A DNA stretch of 64,000 nucleotides from Octopus bimaculoides (GCF_001194135.2 NC_068998.1:15879040-15943039), one strand, 5' to 3'. Numbered from the stretch's first letter, positions 1-64,000 are shown. Notes: generated by a model not told the origin, from the letters alone. Program-made: numbers and translations.

Positions 1-1697
1 TTAGGTCTCCTCTCAGACTCGGTCATTGTTCTCACTCCTCTATCACCTTTTTCTCTCTCTACCACTTCGTCTACAGCCGCCGCTGCTGCTGCTGCTACTG
101 GTGTTGCTGTTGATGCTGCTGCGTCTACTCCTCCTCCTCCTCCTCCTCCCTCACCTCTGTCTCTTTCTCCTTCTTCTCTCCTCTCTCCTTTTCTCTTACT
201 TTCTTCTTCTTTTTCTTCTTGTTTATGATGATTGTGGTTGCGGTCGTCGTCGTCTTCCTTCTCTTCCTTACGTCCACCACTACCACCTCTGCTGCTGCCA
301 GCGCCGCCGCTGTCACCACCACCACCACCACTGCTGCAGCTAGGACCTTCTATGTTTTGCCCACTTTTGTCCCTCGATGTCGACGGAGCAGTGAAAGTCT
401 TAGTGGTATAGTTACTAGTAGTTGTGGTTGTTGTACTGGTTGAGGTACCTGTACAACTGGCAGAAGTGGTGGTAGGAGTGAGGGTGGAAGTGGTAGTAGC
501 AGTGGTTATGGTATTGGTGGCGGTGGTGAGGTTAAGTTCCTGGTCGTCGCTTGCTTTGTTTTTGAAGGTTTGCGAATTCACTTTGCTCGTCACAACAGTC
601 GGTCGGATGCCGTTAGTACTGTTAGTGGTGGTGGTAGAAGTGGTGGCGGCGGCGGTGCTGCTGCTGGGGCCACTGACCTCTTTGCTTTTGGCTGCTGTTG
701 TTGTTGTTGTTGTTGTTGTCGACGACGACGCCACTGCCGACACACTTTCAACTTTAGTTGTTGTTGCTGATGCTGTTGTTGTAGCAATGACAGTTGAGAT
801 GGTGGTAGATGGTTCGACCGAGGAGCAAGAGCCGTCAGTCCCAGAGCTGGCACCTCCACCTTGACCACTTCCAGTATGTTCTGCTTCTTCACTTACTCCT
901 GATGATGCAGCTGTTGTTGTTGTTCCTGCACCTTCTGCACCGTTATCTCCACTACTGGAGTGGTTGACACTCACAACACTACTATCACTGATGTTGGCGG
1001 TGTTAGTGTCGTTGTTAACACTGGCAGTATTATAGTCAGTAGCTACTATTGCTGGTGCTGGCAGCGGTACTGTGGCTGCTGTTGTTGTGGTTGTTGTCGT
1101 TGTTATTACAGTGTTGTTGTTGTTTTTGTTGTGTTGGCTTGTAATGTCCAGGTCAAATGCCAATCCCGCCGTGGGACTAATGGACACTTTGATTTTCTTA
1201 TGATTCGACGGAGAAGACGGACGCTGGTAAGAGTCGGAAGTAGAGTCTACTAATGTTGATGATGATGATGATGATGATGGTGGTGGAGGAGTAGTAGTGG
1301 CGGTACTATTTAATGGTCTCGACCAACTGGAACAGCCACTGTCTGAACTTATTTCTGCCGCTGCTGTTGTAGTAGTCGACAATATTACTGATGCTGATGT
1401 TGTAGGTCCTGTCGCTGTATCACTGGTGCTGGTATTACTCAACGTACCACTACTACTACTAACGCCAGTACTGTTACTCTCAGATGATACTCCTCCGACT
1501 GTACTACTCACTGCAACTATTGAGCCACTTAAACGACGCTTGCGGTGGTTCGTATTGTCCTCGCTCGACCGGCTCTGGTGATTATTATTGTTACTATTAT
1601 TATTATTATTGGTGGAGGTGGTGGTGCTGGTGGTGGTGTTATTGGTAGTTGTGTTGCTATCCTCAGAAGCGAACTTATTAACGCTTGAGAGAGGCAT
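1..1697 (-). CDS. Long first or internal coding exon of an unidentified gene; 565 codons, Thr/Ser/Asn/Gly/Glu low-complexity, open past the window start
   Basis: Manual translation from ATG at 1697 (MPLSSVNKFASEDSNTTTNN...HRKRRLSGS...NHKKIKVSISP...EVVEREKGDRGVRTMTESERRP) has no stop to base 1. In-frame TAA lies upstream at ~1770. Trinucleotide-periodic composition and two basic NLS-like patches. Absent from the ORF track, probably because no stop lies in the window. Confidence 0.75.
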   Translation of the reverse strand, partial: MPLSSVNKFASEDSNTTTNNTTTSTTTSTNNNNNSNNNNHQSRSSEDNTNHRKRRLSGSIVAVSSTVGGVSSESNSTGVSSSSGTLSNTSTSDTATGPTTSASVILSTTTTAAAEISSDSGCSSWSRPLNSTATTTPPPPSSSSSSSTLVDSTSDSYQRPSSPSNHKKIKVSISPTAGLAFDLDITSQHNKNNNNTVITTTTTTTTAATVPLPAPAIVATDYNTASVNNDTNTANISDSSVVSVNHSSSGDNGAEGAGTTTTAASSGVSEEAEHTGSGQGGGASSGTDGSCSSVEPSTTISTVIATTTASATTTKVESVSAVASSSTTTTTTTTAAKSKEVSGPSSSTAAATTSTTTTNSTNGIRPTVVTSKVNSQTFKNKASDDQELNLTTATNTITTATTTSTLTPTTTSASCTGTSTSTTTTTTSNYTTKTFTAPSTSRDKSGQNIEGPSCSSGGGGGDSGGAGSSRGGSGGRKEEKEDDDDRNHNHHKQEEKEEESKRKGERREEGERDRGEGGGGGGGVDAAASTATPVAAAAAAAVDEVVEREKGDRGVRTMTESERRP

Positions 1698-1822
1698 GCA
1701 TTCCGATTTCTTCGGCCAAAAATGACCTGGGCCCTCCTTTGAATAAAAAATCTGGGGTCTTGCAGTCCCTTTCGCACTTTAGGGAATCCGACTACTGGAT
1801 GGATGGCTGGCTTTCCCCGACG

Positions 1823-1858
<36 letters not shown>

Positions 1859-2279
1859 CCTTCAACACGCTAAATGGCAAGAGATGGTGAAGTAGTAAAA
1901 AAATATTACCAACAATAATAATAATACTGGTGATTCTGGTATCGCTGCGACATTTGTTCCGTCGATAAAGCTTAGAGCGTTGCTGTGTTGGTTTCAATCT
2001 GTGCGATATATATACTGTATATTATATATTCGGGTGTGTGTAGGGAGTAAATTGAATACACGGTAGCTGTTTTATAAGTAATTTCTGTGACTTAACTGGC
2101 ATGAGGTGCGCCTTTTCTTTAAACACCGACCCCTTTGCCTTATTTTGCTGTTTCTAGCAGTCCCTTTCTTCCGACTCACAGCTACACTTCCACTTACTGG
2201 ATACGGATCTTTCACTCAAAGGAAAAAATACGATGTTTGCTAATTGTGAAAATCCTATATTTGTGTATGTAGTTTCTTT

Positions 2280-2450
2280 AAGGCGTTAACGCCAAAATAA
2301 TAATGGATAGCCGTTTTGTAGCTTCAGCTTCAAGGTAGGAGAAATATGGCGGAAAATCTCGCGAAAATCACGTACAGCAAGGGGAACTAACCGACAAGTC
2401 TTGGAAATTGCTTGAAGCAGACGATACATGTGGAGGCACATGGGTGGGTA
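2280..2450. promoter_or_regulatory. CpG-retaining promoter-like segment between divergent genes
   Basis: Palindrome GGCGTTAACGCC (2282-2293), YY1-like AAATATGGCG (2342-2351), E2F-like GGCGGAAAA and CTCGCGAAAA, donor-like GG|GTAATT at 2447/2448 followed by AT low-complexity sequence. Confidence 0.4.
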
Positions 2451-2624
2451 ATTGTTGTAGGTTCTTTTCCACATATACATATAATTATATACATATAATT
2501 ATATATAGATATAATATATACATATAATGTATAATTTGTGTAAATTCTTGAATCAATGGTCAAAGGAGGAAGAAGTCCAAAGAGGACTCAATAAGAGAAT
2601 ATTCTTTGCAATATACTCTTTACT

Positions 2625-3035
2625 CTTTTTTCTCTTTTACTTGTTTCAGTCATTTGACTGTGGCCATGCTGGAGCACCGCCTTTAGTCGAGCAATCGACC
2701 CTGGGATTTATTCTTTGTAAGCCTAGTACTTATTCTATCGGTCTCTTTTTGCCAAACCGCTAAGTTACGGGGACAAACACACCAGCATCGTTTGTCAAGC
2801 AGTGTGAGGGGGACAAACACAGACACACAAACATACTCACATACATATACATATATATATATACATATATACGACAGGCTTCTTTCAGTTTCTGTCTACC
2901 AAATCCACTCACAAGGCTTTGGTTGGCCCGAGGCTATAGTAGAAGACACTTGCCCAAGGTGCCACGCAGTGGGACTGAACCCGGAACCATGTGGTTGGTA
3001 AGCAAGCTACTTACCACACAGCCACTCCTGCGCCT
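2625..3035 (-). mobile_element. Full-length tRNA-derived SINE (family A: tRNA/CORE-like head, internal (TA/CA)n, body, CAGCATGGCCACAGTCAAATGACTGAAAC tail)
   Basis: Minus strand reads AGGCGCAGGAGTGGCTGTGTGG (A box)...GGTTCAGTCCC (B box)...CCTTGGGCAAGTGTCTTC...microsatellite...tail with (GAGTAAA)n. Related copies at ~13190-14210, 25515-25925, 26360-26900, 31738-31957, 32960-33190 and 61880-62260. Confidence 0.85.
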
Positions 3036-5224
3036 TTTCTACAACATATTTTCTGCATTATTTGCAACACAAACAACTTCTACAATGTTTCCTCCCTAGT
3101 AAACCAGAATATGTACTTTTCTGAAAATGTGCCCTGTTTTACGTTTTACAAAGTAATTCTGTTTCAACAATATGAGTTCTTCTATATGTGCATTCCCCCA
3201 ACACTGGCAAGTTTCATAGTAAGTACATTTCTACAATCAAAGTTATATAAGTACTACAATCTAAGTTACATAGGTAGGTGTATTTCTATAATGCCTTTAG
3301 TTTCTACAATGTATATAATTTTTTACAATAAACCTGCAAAGAAACTTCACAACACTACACTTTCTCTGCTAATGTGCCAATTACTTTAAAATGTGCATCT
3401 AATATACAATGTAAAGTCATTGGCACATTAGCAGAGAAAATGTAGGTTTTGAAGTAACTTTAGGTCTTGTCAAAAACTATTCAACCTCTCTTGTTATGGT
3501 GCCATGAGACAAAAAAAAGCACTCAGTGCATTCTAGCAATAGGAAAAACATCCAGATGCCAAATGCAGGAATCTAGCACCAGTCTATGGGAGTAACAGCT
3601 CAGCTCCTAATAAGAAATGATACAGACCATAGATACCCATTCAGCCTGTGCCAGTATCAAATCATAAATGGATTATATATTTTTTACAGTGTGTGAAGCA
3701 TCAACAACATGTGCAATTTTTTCAATATATGCAATGTTATATGTGCATTTTTGCAATGAATGTAGTTTCTTTATACAAGACAAAGTGGTAGGCCTACCAT
3801 ATTTTCTGGTTTAATATATCACCATCTGGTCCCTGGGTGCTTTTAATAGAGTTTAAGCATTCAAACCAGTTCTTTGTGTGTGTGTATGCACATATGTTGT
3901 AATACGTGTGTATGCATGTATGTTATAACAACAACTAAAGTTTTAAGTATAACAGAAACACGTTTGTGAATATAAATTGTAACCCCATCTCCACCTATGT
4001 TTGTCACTCAGTATATTCATTCCTACATAACTTTGACCTTTGTCTCTATCATTGAGCATCTCTTTCTTCCCTCTCCACAATTCACATCATTAGATGAAGG
4101 AGCTGACAAACTACACAATGTCAGAGCCAATATGGAGCAGGGATCCAGGCCATCACTGACATGCATCAGCTTTGTCTTCACCCAACTCACCTGAAGGACA
4201 AGTTTTGCTAATTCTTCTCAGTATATGGTAAGTGCATATATATATATATANNNNNNNNNNNNNNNNNNNNNNNNNNNNNNNNNNNNNNNNNNNNNNNNNN
4301 NNNNNNNNNNNNNNNNNNNNNNNNNNNNNNNNNNNNNNNNNNNNNNNNNNTAGATAGATAGATAAATAGATAGATAGACAGACAGACAGATAGATAGATA
4401 AGTAGAGAGAAGAGGGAGAGAGGTGGGGAAGGGGGATCCCCCTTCCTATTCACTATTCATTTAGTCATTTACCATTGTATTGAAATGGGTTTAAGGATGG
4501 TGACCTCTTCAAGAGGAAAAAAAGAAACAGGTGTGGTGTGGTCATCACTGAAAGTCTTTTTGCTTTCTTTCTCTCTTTTTTCCCCTTCTTCCCTTCTTTC
4601 TTTTTCCTTTTCTTCCTTTTTTCTCCTCTTTCCTTCTTTTTTCCTCTTTCTTTCTTTTTCTCCTCTTTGAGTTATATTTAGAATACAAAATGTACTGTCT
4701 CCACTTTTCTTACAAACTTTCAATTTTGGTGAGAATTTTTTGATGAAATGTAGTTCTGAATATTTACAGAGAATGAGCATCATGTTTCCAATATTTGAGT
4801 TATATTTTGGAATACAAAATGTATTGCCTCTGCTATTCTTTCAAACATTCAACTTCAGAGAGAATTTTTTGATGAAATGCAGTTCCATTGCTTTTCGATA
4901 TTGCGGATCGTCCCATGCACACTTGTAAAAGGGAAAAATTTTGAATTTTCCATCGCTGCATATTTCCAGATGCTTACTTAATGGAATCCTCCTCCTCCTC
5001 CTCCTTTTAGCATTCAGATTATCCTGTGAACTGTAATGCTTATTTATGCACATTGCTTTTTATTTATCAAGCACTGTCTTGTAGCTCTGAGATTTCTTTG
5101 ATGTAATTGTTTGTTTTTAGACTGACATTGTAGGGTAAGTGTGAAGGGCTGGATATGGCCAGTTTGAACATGAAACAGGTAGAATATTTGGGCCTGATAT
5201 GATCAGTTTAAATGTTGTTGTTGG

Positions 5225-5795
5225 CACTTCGTCGCTTATGACATTGAGGGTTCCAGTTCAACGGAACAGCCTGCTCGTGAAATTAACATGCAAGTGGCTG
5301 AGCACTCCACAGACACGTGTACCCTTAACGTAGTTCTTGGAGGATATTCAGCATGACACAGTGTGACAAGGCTGACCCTTTGAATTACAAGCACAACAGG
5401 AAGTNNNNNNNNNNNNNNNNNNNNNNNNNNNNNNNNNNNNNNNNNNNNNNNNNNNNNNNNNNNNNNNNNNNNNNNNNNNNNNNNNNNNNNNNNNNNNNNN
5501 NNNNNNNNNNNNNNNNNNNNNNNNNNNNNNNNNNNNNNNNNNNNNNNNNNNNCCTTAACGTAGTTCTCAGGGATATTCAGCGTGACACAGTGTGACAAGG
5601 CTGACCCTTTGAATTACAAGCACAACAGGAAGTAAGAGTGAGAGAAAGTTGTGGTGGAAGAGTACAGCAGGGTTCGCCACCATCCCCTACCGGAGCCTCG
5701 TGGAGCTTTAGGTGTTTTCGCTCAATAAACACTCACAACGCCCGGTCTGGGAATCGAAACCCTGATCCTATGACCGCGAGTCCGCTGCCCTAACC
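5225..5795 (-). mobile_element. tRNA-derived SINE, second family (gap-interrupted)
   Basis: Head GGTTAGGGCAGCGGACTCGCGG...GGTTTCGATTCCC. The body GAACTACGTTAAGGGTACACGTGTCTGTGGAGTGCTCAGCCACTTGC recurs at 17500-17710, 32498-32800 and 57050-57335. Confidence 0.75.
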
Positions 5796-7794
5796 ATGTT
5801 AAACGGAGTATAAAAAATGCCATCTCAAAGTTATATAGTGGGCTCACTGGAAGATGTGTAAGAGATAAATACTAGAGTATACTGACAAGTCATACAAACA
5901 CCAGTCCTTGCTATATGCAGAAAATTGAGCGACACTCATGTGGGTTATTTGTGTTGCCACAGCATAGCACAGTTGTGCTATGGCATTCTCCAGCCAATCA
6001 GGGCTGAACACATAGGAATACAAAAGGCAGTTACTTGCCCTAGCAGAAAAGTGGGAGTTTTAAATGGTTGGTGAAAAGACAGCGTAGTAGCAACATTTCT
6101 TCTTTCAACATGAAACAGTATTTGTTCAACGCCAACTTGGAATTATATTGGCTCTTGACTTGTCACCTCCTGAACAGCCTAGTTCATTTATGCTAACTTT
6201 GCTACCCCAAATTCTGGATGATATCAGCCAAAACCCTGCCTCATAATGAACTGTATCTTTTCATTTAAGCTAGCTTTATTCCTATTAGCTTGCAACGGCC
6301 TGCAACAGAATTATTTTGTGCAAAAGTAAGTTATAATGCTTTACCTGACTCACACATACAGTCTACACATCTTGCTACTTGTCAGCCCTCATTCCTATTT
6401 TAATAAAGTTGCAATGTTTTGTTTAAAAACTGCCTTCTGGTATTCATTTACACATGCTTCTCAAAAGTGCATTTAATTAACTTTTTTACAAGCACTTTCC
6501 TACTTTAAATTAGTGACCACTCTCACTAAAGTATTATGACACACCATGTAATTTTTAAAAGCTACACACACACTCACACACTTGCATTTATGAACTGTTT
6601 TAAAACAGAGATGGGTACATGCAACACACTTTGCACAAAGGGGTATAAATGTACAAATGTGGTACATTTAGAAACACTTAAGTCTTCTAAATATGATATA
6701 TAGTAGAAAACGTCTATTAAAGAAAATAACGGGATTTTGATTGGTATAATAAACAATGATTGGTCTGTTGAAGTGAGAAGCCCATGAGTTTTGCCAAACA
6801 GCCTGTTTAATGTAAGGTGAGAGCTCTTTCAGTTCACTCCCATCCCTAAAGCCCTTGAAAAATAACAACCACCACTCATGAGGAGAAACAGGGGAAAATA
6901 TTGAAAGGAATTAATCTTTTTACTATAATCTTTTTGTTTGGCAAAAAGCAGCACTTATAAAACTTTGTAGAATTAACCTTGTACCTTAAATTTCTGGTTT
7001 TGTGCTTATGTTAGAAGTAATTATTATACACTAATATATTTGAATTGGTGTCCTACGAGACAATGGGATAGTGAAATAATTAATGTAAGCGTTGATTAAG
7101 TGTTAATACTAAAGTGTCGTAATTTACCTAAAGGTAAAATGATTTCAACCTCTGGGTTAGCCTTTCTGTCTGTATGCCTGCATGTTCTGGTTGAGGTGTA
7201 ACAAACCAGAGGCGAACTACACAATGAGAAGAATCTAACCCACCCCAGATTTAATAAGGGGTTTCGGTTCCATATTTTAGAGAACGTTACAGAATACGAT
7301 AGGTACCTGACGGAGCCCGAGTGCATTGGTTGAAGTGTCTTGACGTTTACAACTAAGATGAGGATACTAATGCGAATATATCAGTATATGATAATCACCT
7401 ATTGTTTTTATTTTATCAGATCAAGGAATAAGTCGATCTTCAAATGATTTGAACTCACGAATTAGAAAAACAAAACTAAATACTGTAAAACTTGCTGCCC
7501 TATCTTTCTGAGAGTCAATTGCTCCAATTTTTCTTATCTCAATCAGGTTAATAGATAGGGTAAAGTCAAGGGAAATAATCAATTGAGGGTACGAGAGTTA
7601 TCTAACTTGATACTTTCCCTCATTGAATTTCAAGAGATCGGTCAGTGATGTCAGTCCTTTTGGAACTCAGCTAGCGATCTCTGGTTTACCGGGGTGTATT
7701 TATATTTATATATATGTTTGTATATATTTTTCTACCTTTTTATCATTACTGAAGTGACTGGAAGGATAACTAATCCCAGTGAAAATTAGTGCCG

Positions 7795-60445
<52,651 letters not shown>

Positions 60446-61454
60446 GTAAATAAATCTTCATTACTTAATTAAACTGACCAAATTAAATGAGATTTTGTTT
60501 CATTTTTGTTTTCTTTTCTTGTTTCGTGTTTGATTTTTTTTTTTTGTTTTTACAACAAAGCATCAAAATTTTTTGGATGTGTAGGCGAGGATGAGTAGGA
60601 AGTTGTAACATTAATGCTTTTTCTAAGAGCATCAATAATGTTTAGTAAAGTGAAATGAATGCAGTTAGTTAAGGACAATTAACCCTGACTCAGAGCATTT
60701 TCCAAAAATATTTTGGCTGCAGCCGTCTTGTAGTCTTAGAGGGTCTCCTAGCCTGAGTGTATTTAATGTGTGTCTTTCTTGTTAAAGATGGCTAGATATG
60801 ATTTAAGGGATTTCTGCTGTTCAAGCTGGTTGAGCAATCATCTAGAGGTTCCTGGTAGCTGTTGGGTTAAACTCCTCGGTTATCTCTCTCAGGTCAATAT
60901 CACTGTTATTTCTTCTTCCCATGTATGTGACCTTTGTGTGGATGTTAAAACTCATCATCGTCATCATCATCATCTTCATTTAGCATCCACTTTCCATGTC
61001 GGCATGGGTTAGATGGTTTGACCGGAACTGGTAAGCCGGAGAGCTTTACCAGATTCCAATCTGATTTGGCATGGTTTCTATGGCTGGATGCCTTTCCTAA
61101 TGCCAACTACTTTACAGAATATACTGGGTACTTTTGATGTGGCACCAGCACCAGTGAGGTCTCCAAGTAACCTGCAAGATGAGCCTCCTAAACTGAGGGA
61201 GGAATAATATTGAGGGAAGTGACTTTGTGCCAGATGATGAGAGGTTATAGTATGAGAGGGGGACAGAAAAAGGGGTCTTGCAGCAAAGAAGATAAATAGC
61301 ATCTTTATTGATGTATATACATGCATACATAAATACACTTTTATGTGTTGATTTTTACAGTTAATATTTGGACTTCTATTAACTATAAAAATCAATGCAT
61401 AAAAGTGTATATATGTATACATATAGTTAATATTTGAATGTCTGGTGAAGGTAC

Positions 61455-61790
61455 TTGGCTCAGTGGTTAGCGTGTTGGGCTGACAATCATGAGGTAGCGA
61501 GTTCAATTCTCAGACCGGGCTGTGTAGTTCACTCAGCTGTAGAAATGAGTAGTGTTGTCACTGGTGCCAAGCTGCATTGCCCTTTGTCTTTACTTTGGAC
61601 AACATTGGTGGCATGGAGAAAGGAGGCTGGTATGCATGGGTGACTGCTAGTATGCATGGGTAACTGGTGGTATGTAAGGGTGACAGCTGGTTTTCCATAA
61701 ACAATCTTGCCTGGACTTGTGCCTCAGAGGGTAACTTTCTAGGTGCAGTCCCTTGGTCATTCAAGTCTGAAGGTGGTCTTTACCATGTTT
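61455..61790 (+). mobile_element. tRNA-derived SINE, fourth family
   Basis: TGGCTCAGTGG (A box)...GAGTTCAATTC (B box), followed by a CACTCAGCTGTAGAAATGAGT core. Confidence 0.6.
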
Positions 61791-61833
61791 TTTACATTTG
61801 GACCTCTGGGCTTACTGTATTGTTGCTATTCAA

Positions 61834-62382
61834 CTCTTTAGCATTCAGATTACTCTGTGAAATGTAATGTTTCTTTTATCTTTTATCTTTTACTTGTTTC
61901 AGTCATTTGACTGCAGCTACACTGGGGCATTGCCTTGAATGGTTTTAGTCAAACAAATTGACCCCAGGACTTATTTTTGCTGAACCACTAAGTTACAGGG
62001 ACGTAAACACACTAACACCAGTTGTCAAGTGGTGGTGGTGGTGGACAAACACAGGTACAAAGACACACACACATATAGATAAATATATATATATATATGA
62101 TTGGCTTCTTTCAGTTTCTGCCTACCAAATCCACTCACAAAGCTTTGGTCGGCCCGAGGCTTTAGTAGAAGACACTTGCCGAAGGTGCCACGCAGTGGGA
62201 CTGAACCCGGAACCATGTGGTTAGTAAGCAAGCTACTTACCACACAGCCACTCCTACACCTATTTTTTACTTTTTATATGGCATTATAGGATAGATGTAA
62301 GAGAATGCATTTGACTAGTTTGAACATAAAGCAAATAGAATATTTTGGCCGGATATGGCCGGCTTAAATGCTAAAGGGTTAA
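61834..62382. mobile_element. piggyBac-type MITE interrupted by a family-A SINE
   Basis: Left end CTCTTTAGCATTCAGATTACTC at 61834; right end AATGCTAAAGGG-TTAA at 62367-62382; SINE at ~61880-62260 in between. Confidence 0.65.
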
Positions 62383-64000
62383 ATCCTGCTGAGATTGATT
62401 TTGCACTTTATTCTTTTGTAAGTCTTGGGAGTGTGGTTGAAGGTAGGGGCTCAACGAAATAAAGAACTAAGTTNNNNNNNNNNNNNNNNNNNNNNNNNNN
62501 NNNNNNNNNNNNNNNNNNNNNNNNNNNNNNNNNNNNNNNNNNNNNNNNNNNNNNNNNNNNNNNNNNNNNNNNNNNNNNNNNNNNNNNNNNNNNNNNNNNN
62601 NNNNNNNNNNNNNNNNNNNNNNNNNNNNNNNNNNNNNNNNNNNNNNNNNNNNNNNNNNNNNNNNNNNNNNNNNNNNNNNNNNNNNNNNNNNNNNNNNNNN
62701 NNNNNNNNNNNNNNNNNNNNNNNNNNNNNNNNNNNNNNNNNNNNNNNNNNNNNNNNNNNNNNNNNNNNNNNNNNNNNNNNNNNNNNNNNNNNNNNNNNNN
62801 NNNNNNNNNNNNNNNNNNNNNNNNNNNNNNNNNNNNNNNNNNNNNNNNNNNNNNNNNNNNNNNNNNNNNNNNNNNNNNNNNNNNNNNNNNNNNNNNNNNN
62901 NNNNNNNNNNNNNNNNNNNNNNNNNNNNNNNNNNNNNNNNNNNNNNNNNNNNNNNNNNNNNNNNNNNNNNNNNNNNNNNNNNNNNNNNNNNNNNNNNNNN
63001 NNNNNNNNNNNNNNNNNNNNNNNNNNNNNNNNNNNNNNNNNNNNNNNNNNNNNNNNNNNNNNNNNNNNNNNNNNNNNNNNNNNNNNNNNNNNNNNNNNNN
63101 NNNNNNNNNNNNNNNNNNNNNNNNNNNNNNNNNNNNNNNNNNNNNNNNNNNNNNNNNNNNNNNNNNNNNNNNNNNNNNNNNNNNNNNNNNNNNNNNNNNN
63201 NNNNNNNNNNNNNNNNNNNNNNNNNNNNNNNNNNNNNNNNNNNNNNNNNNNNNNNNNNNNNNNNNNNNNNNNNNNNNNNNNNNNNNATTGAGAAAAATTC
63301 TTCATATTTTTTCCTTTCTTTCTTCGTCCTAAAACAATTGTTTTGGAGCAAAAAGACATAGAGAGAGAGAGAAAGAGAGTGTGAGACAGAAAGTTGAAAG
63401 ATTCCTCTCCACTTGTTATCTCTAGTCACCTCCCACCTTGATATTTTCCCAATAAATCTGTCAACATTTTTTTTTTCTTTTAAAAGTTCAACTTTTCTTC
63501 TAATTATTTTGTTGAATTTTATTTATTATACCATGTTTTTCTTGTGTGTTTGCTTTTTTTATCACTTTCGAATTATTTTGTGTTGTATCATGTTGTTGTT
63601 TCATGGGGATAAGCATGGGCGGATGGCAGGGTGCTATTTTTATTGTCCTGTTATTGTTCTGTGTATATTTGTTTGTTTGTTTATGTGTGTGTGTGTGTGT
63701 GTGTTTTGTTTGTTTTCTGCTTTTTTATCCAATATCTCATTTATTTATACTTTTATTAAAATTCTCACACTCACATGCATACATGCATTTTTACATTTAT
63801 ATTCAGATGTAGACATGTATACATATACACATGCATATTTGCTTATGTATATCAGTATATTTTTTAACACAACACAATCACATACATCTATGCATAAACC
63901 ATATATATATGTGCGTGTGTGTGTGTGTATGCACATACCATACAAATATGTGTGTATGGATATATATATGTATGTGTGTGTGTGTATGTATATATATATA

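Noticed and set aside
26-1581. Plus-strand ORFs rich in Leu/Val/Cys runs
   Set aside because: They are antisense shadows of the single long minus-strand low-complexity ORF.
1-1697. Naming the minus-strand gene (for example DGKH from human VWA8 synteny, or UBA1/SIRT1 from the NLS-like motif)
   Set aside because: No conserved domain is visible in the window, so any symbol would be a guess.
5323-5633. ~80-bp direct repeat on both sides of the N gap (also 50526-50606 around an N10)
   Set aside because: Most likely unmerged contig or haplotype overlaps, not biological duplications.
61455-61520. tRNA genes (also the SINE heads at ~3030, 5780 and 21860)
   Set aside because: A and B boxes are present but there is no complete cloverleaf or acceptor stem, and the sequences continue into repeat bodies.

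Overview
Eukaryotic, AT-rich, gapped draft-genome sequence. Its SINE, LINE and MITE complement and its microsatellite load point to a coleoid cephalopod, probably Octopus (inference). Most of the window (7795 to beyond 60445, + strand) is the 5' part of a multi-exon VWA8 (KIAA0564) orthologue encoding three dynein/MoxR-type AAA modules. I could place 29 homology-supported GT-AG exons plus a candidate first exon encoding a mitochondrial-presequence-like peptide. One further exon is required by reading phase but is absent, probably hidden in the N gap at 35032-35357. The VWA domain lies beyond the window. On the - strand, an uninterrupted 565-codon Thr/Ser/Asn-rich ORF (1697 to <1, missing from the ORF track) belongs to a divergently oriented gene I cannot name. 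The introns hold tRNA-derived SINEs, CR1-, RTE-, RLE- and Penelope-type retroelement fragments, Tc1/mariner and piggyBac-type MITEs, Helentron/HINE-like elements and two solo-LTR-like segments. The most notable observations are: (1) a three-copy short repeat carrying a minimal type-I hammerhead-ribozyme-like motif with a non-canonical core; (2) a full-length 5S-rRNA-derived head fused to the local SINE/LINE tail (SINE3-like); (3) SINE tails matching a CR1-like LINE 3' end, and short (GAT)n-tailed repeats matching an RTE LINE 3' end; (4) a near-identical 379-bp templated duplication inserted into a retroelement 4.5 kb from its source.
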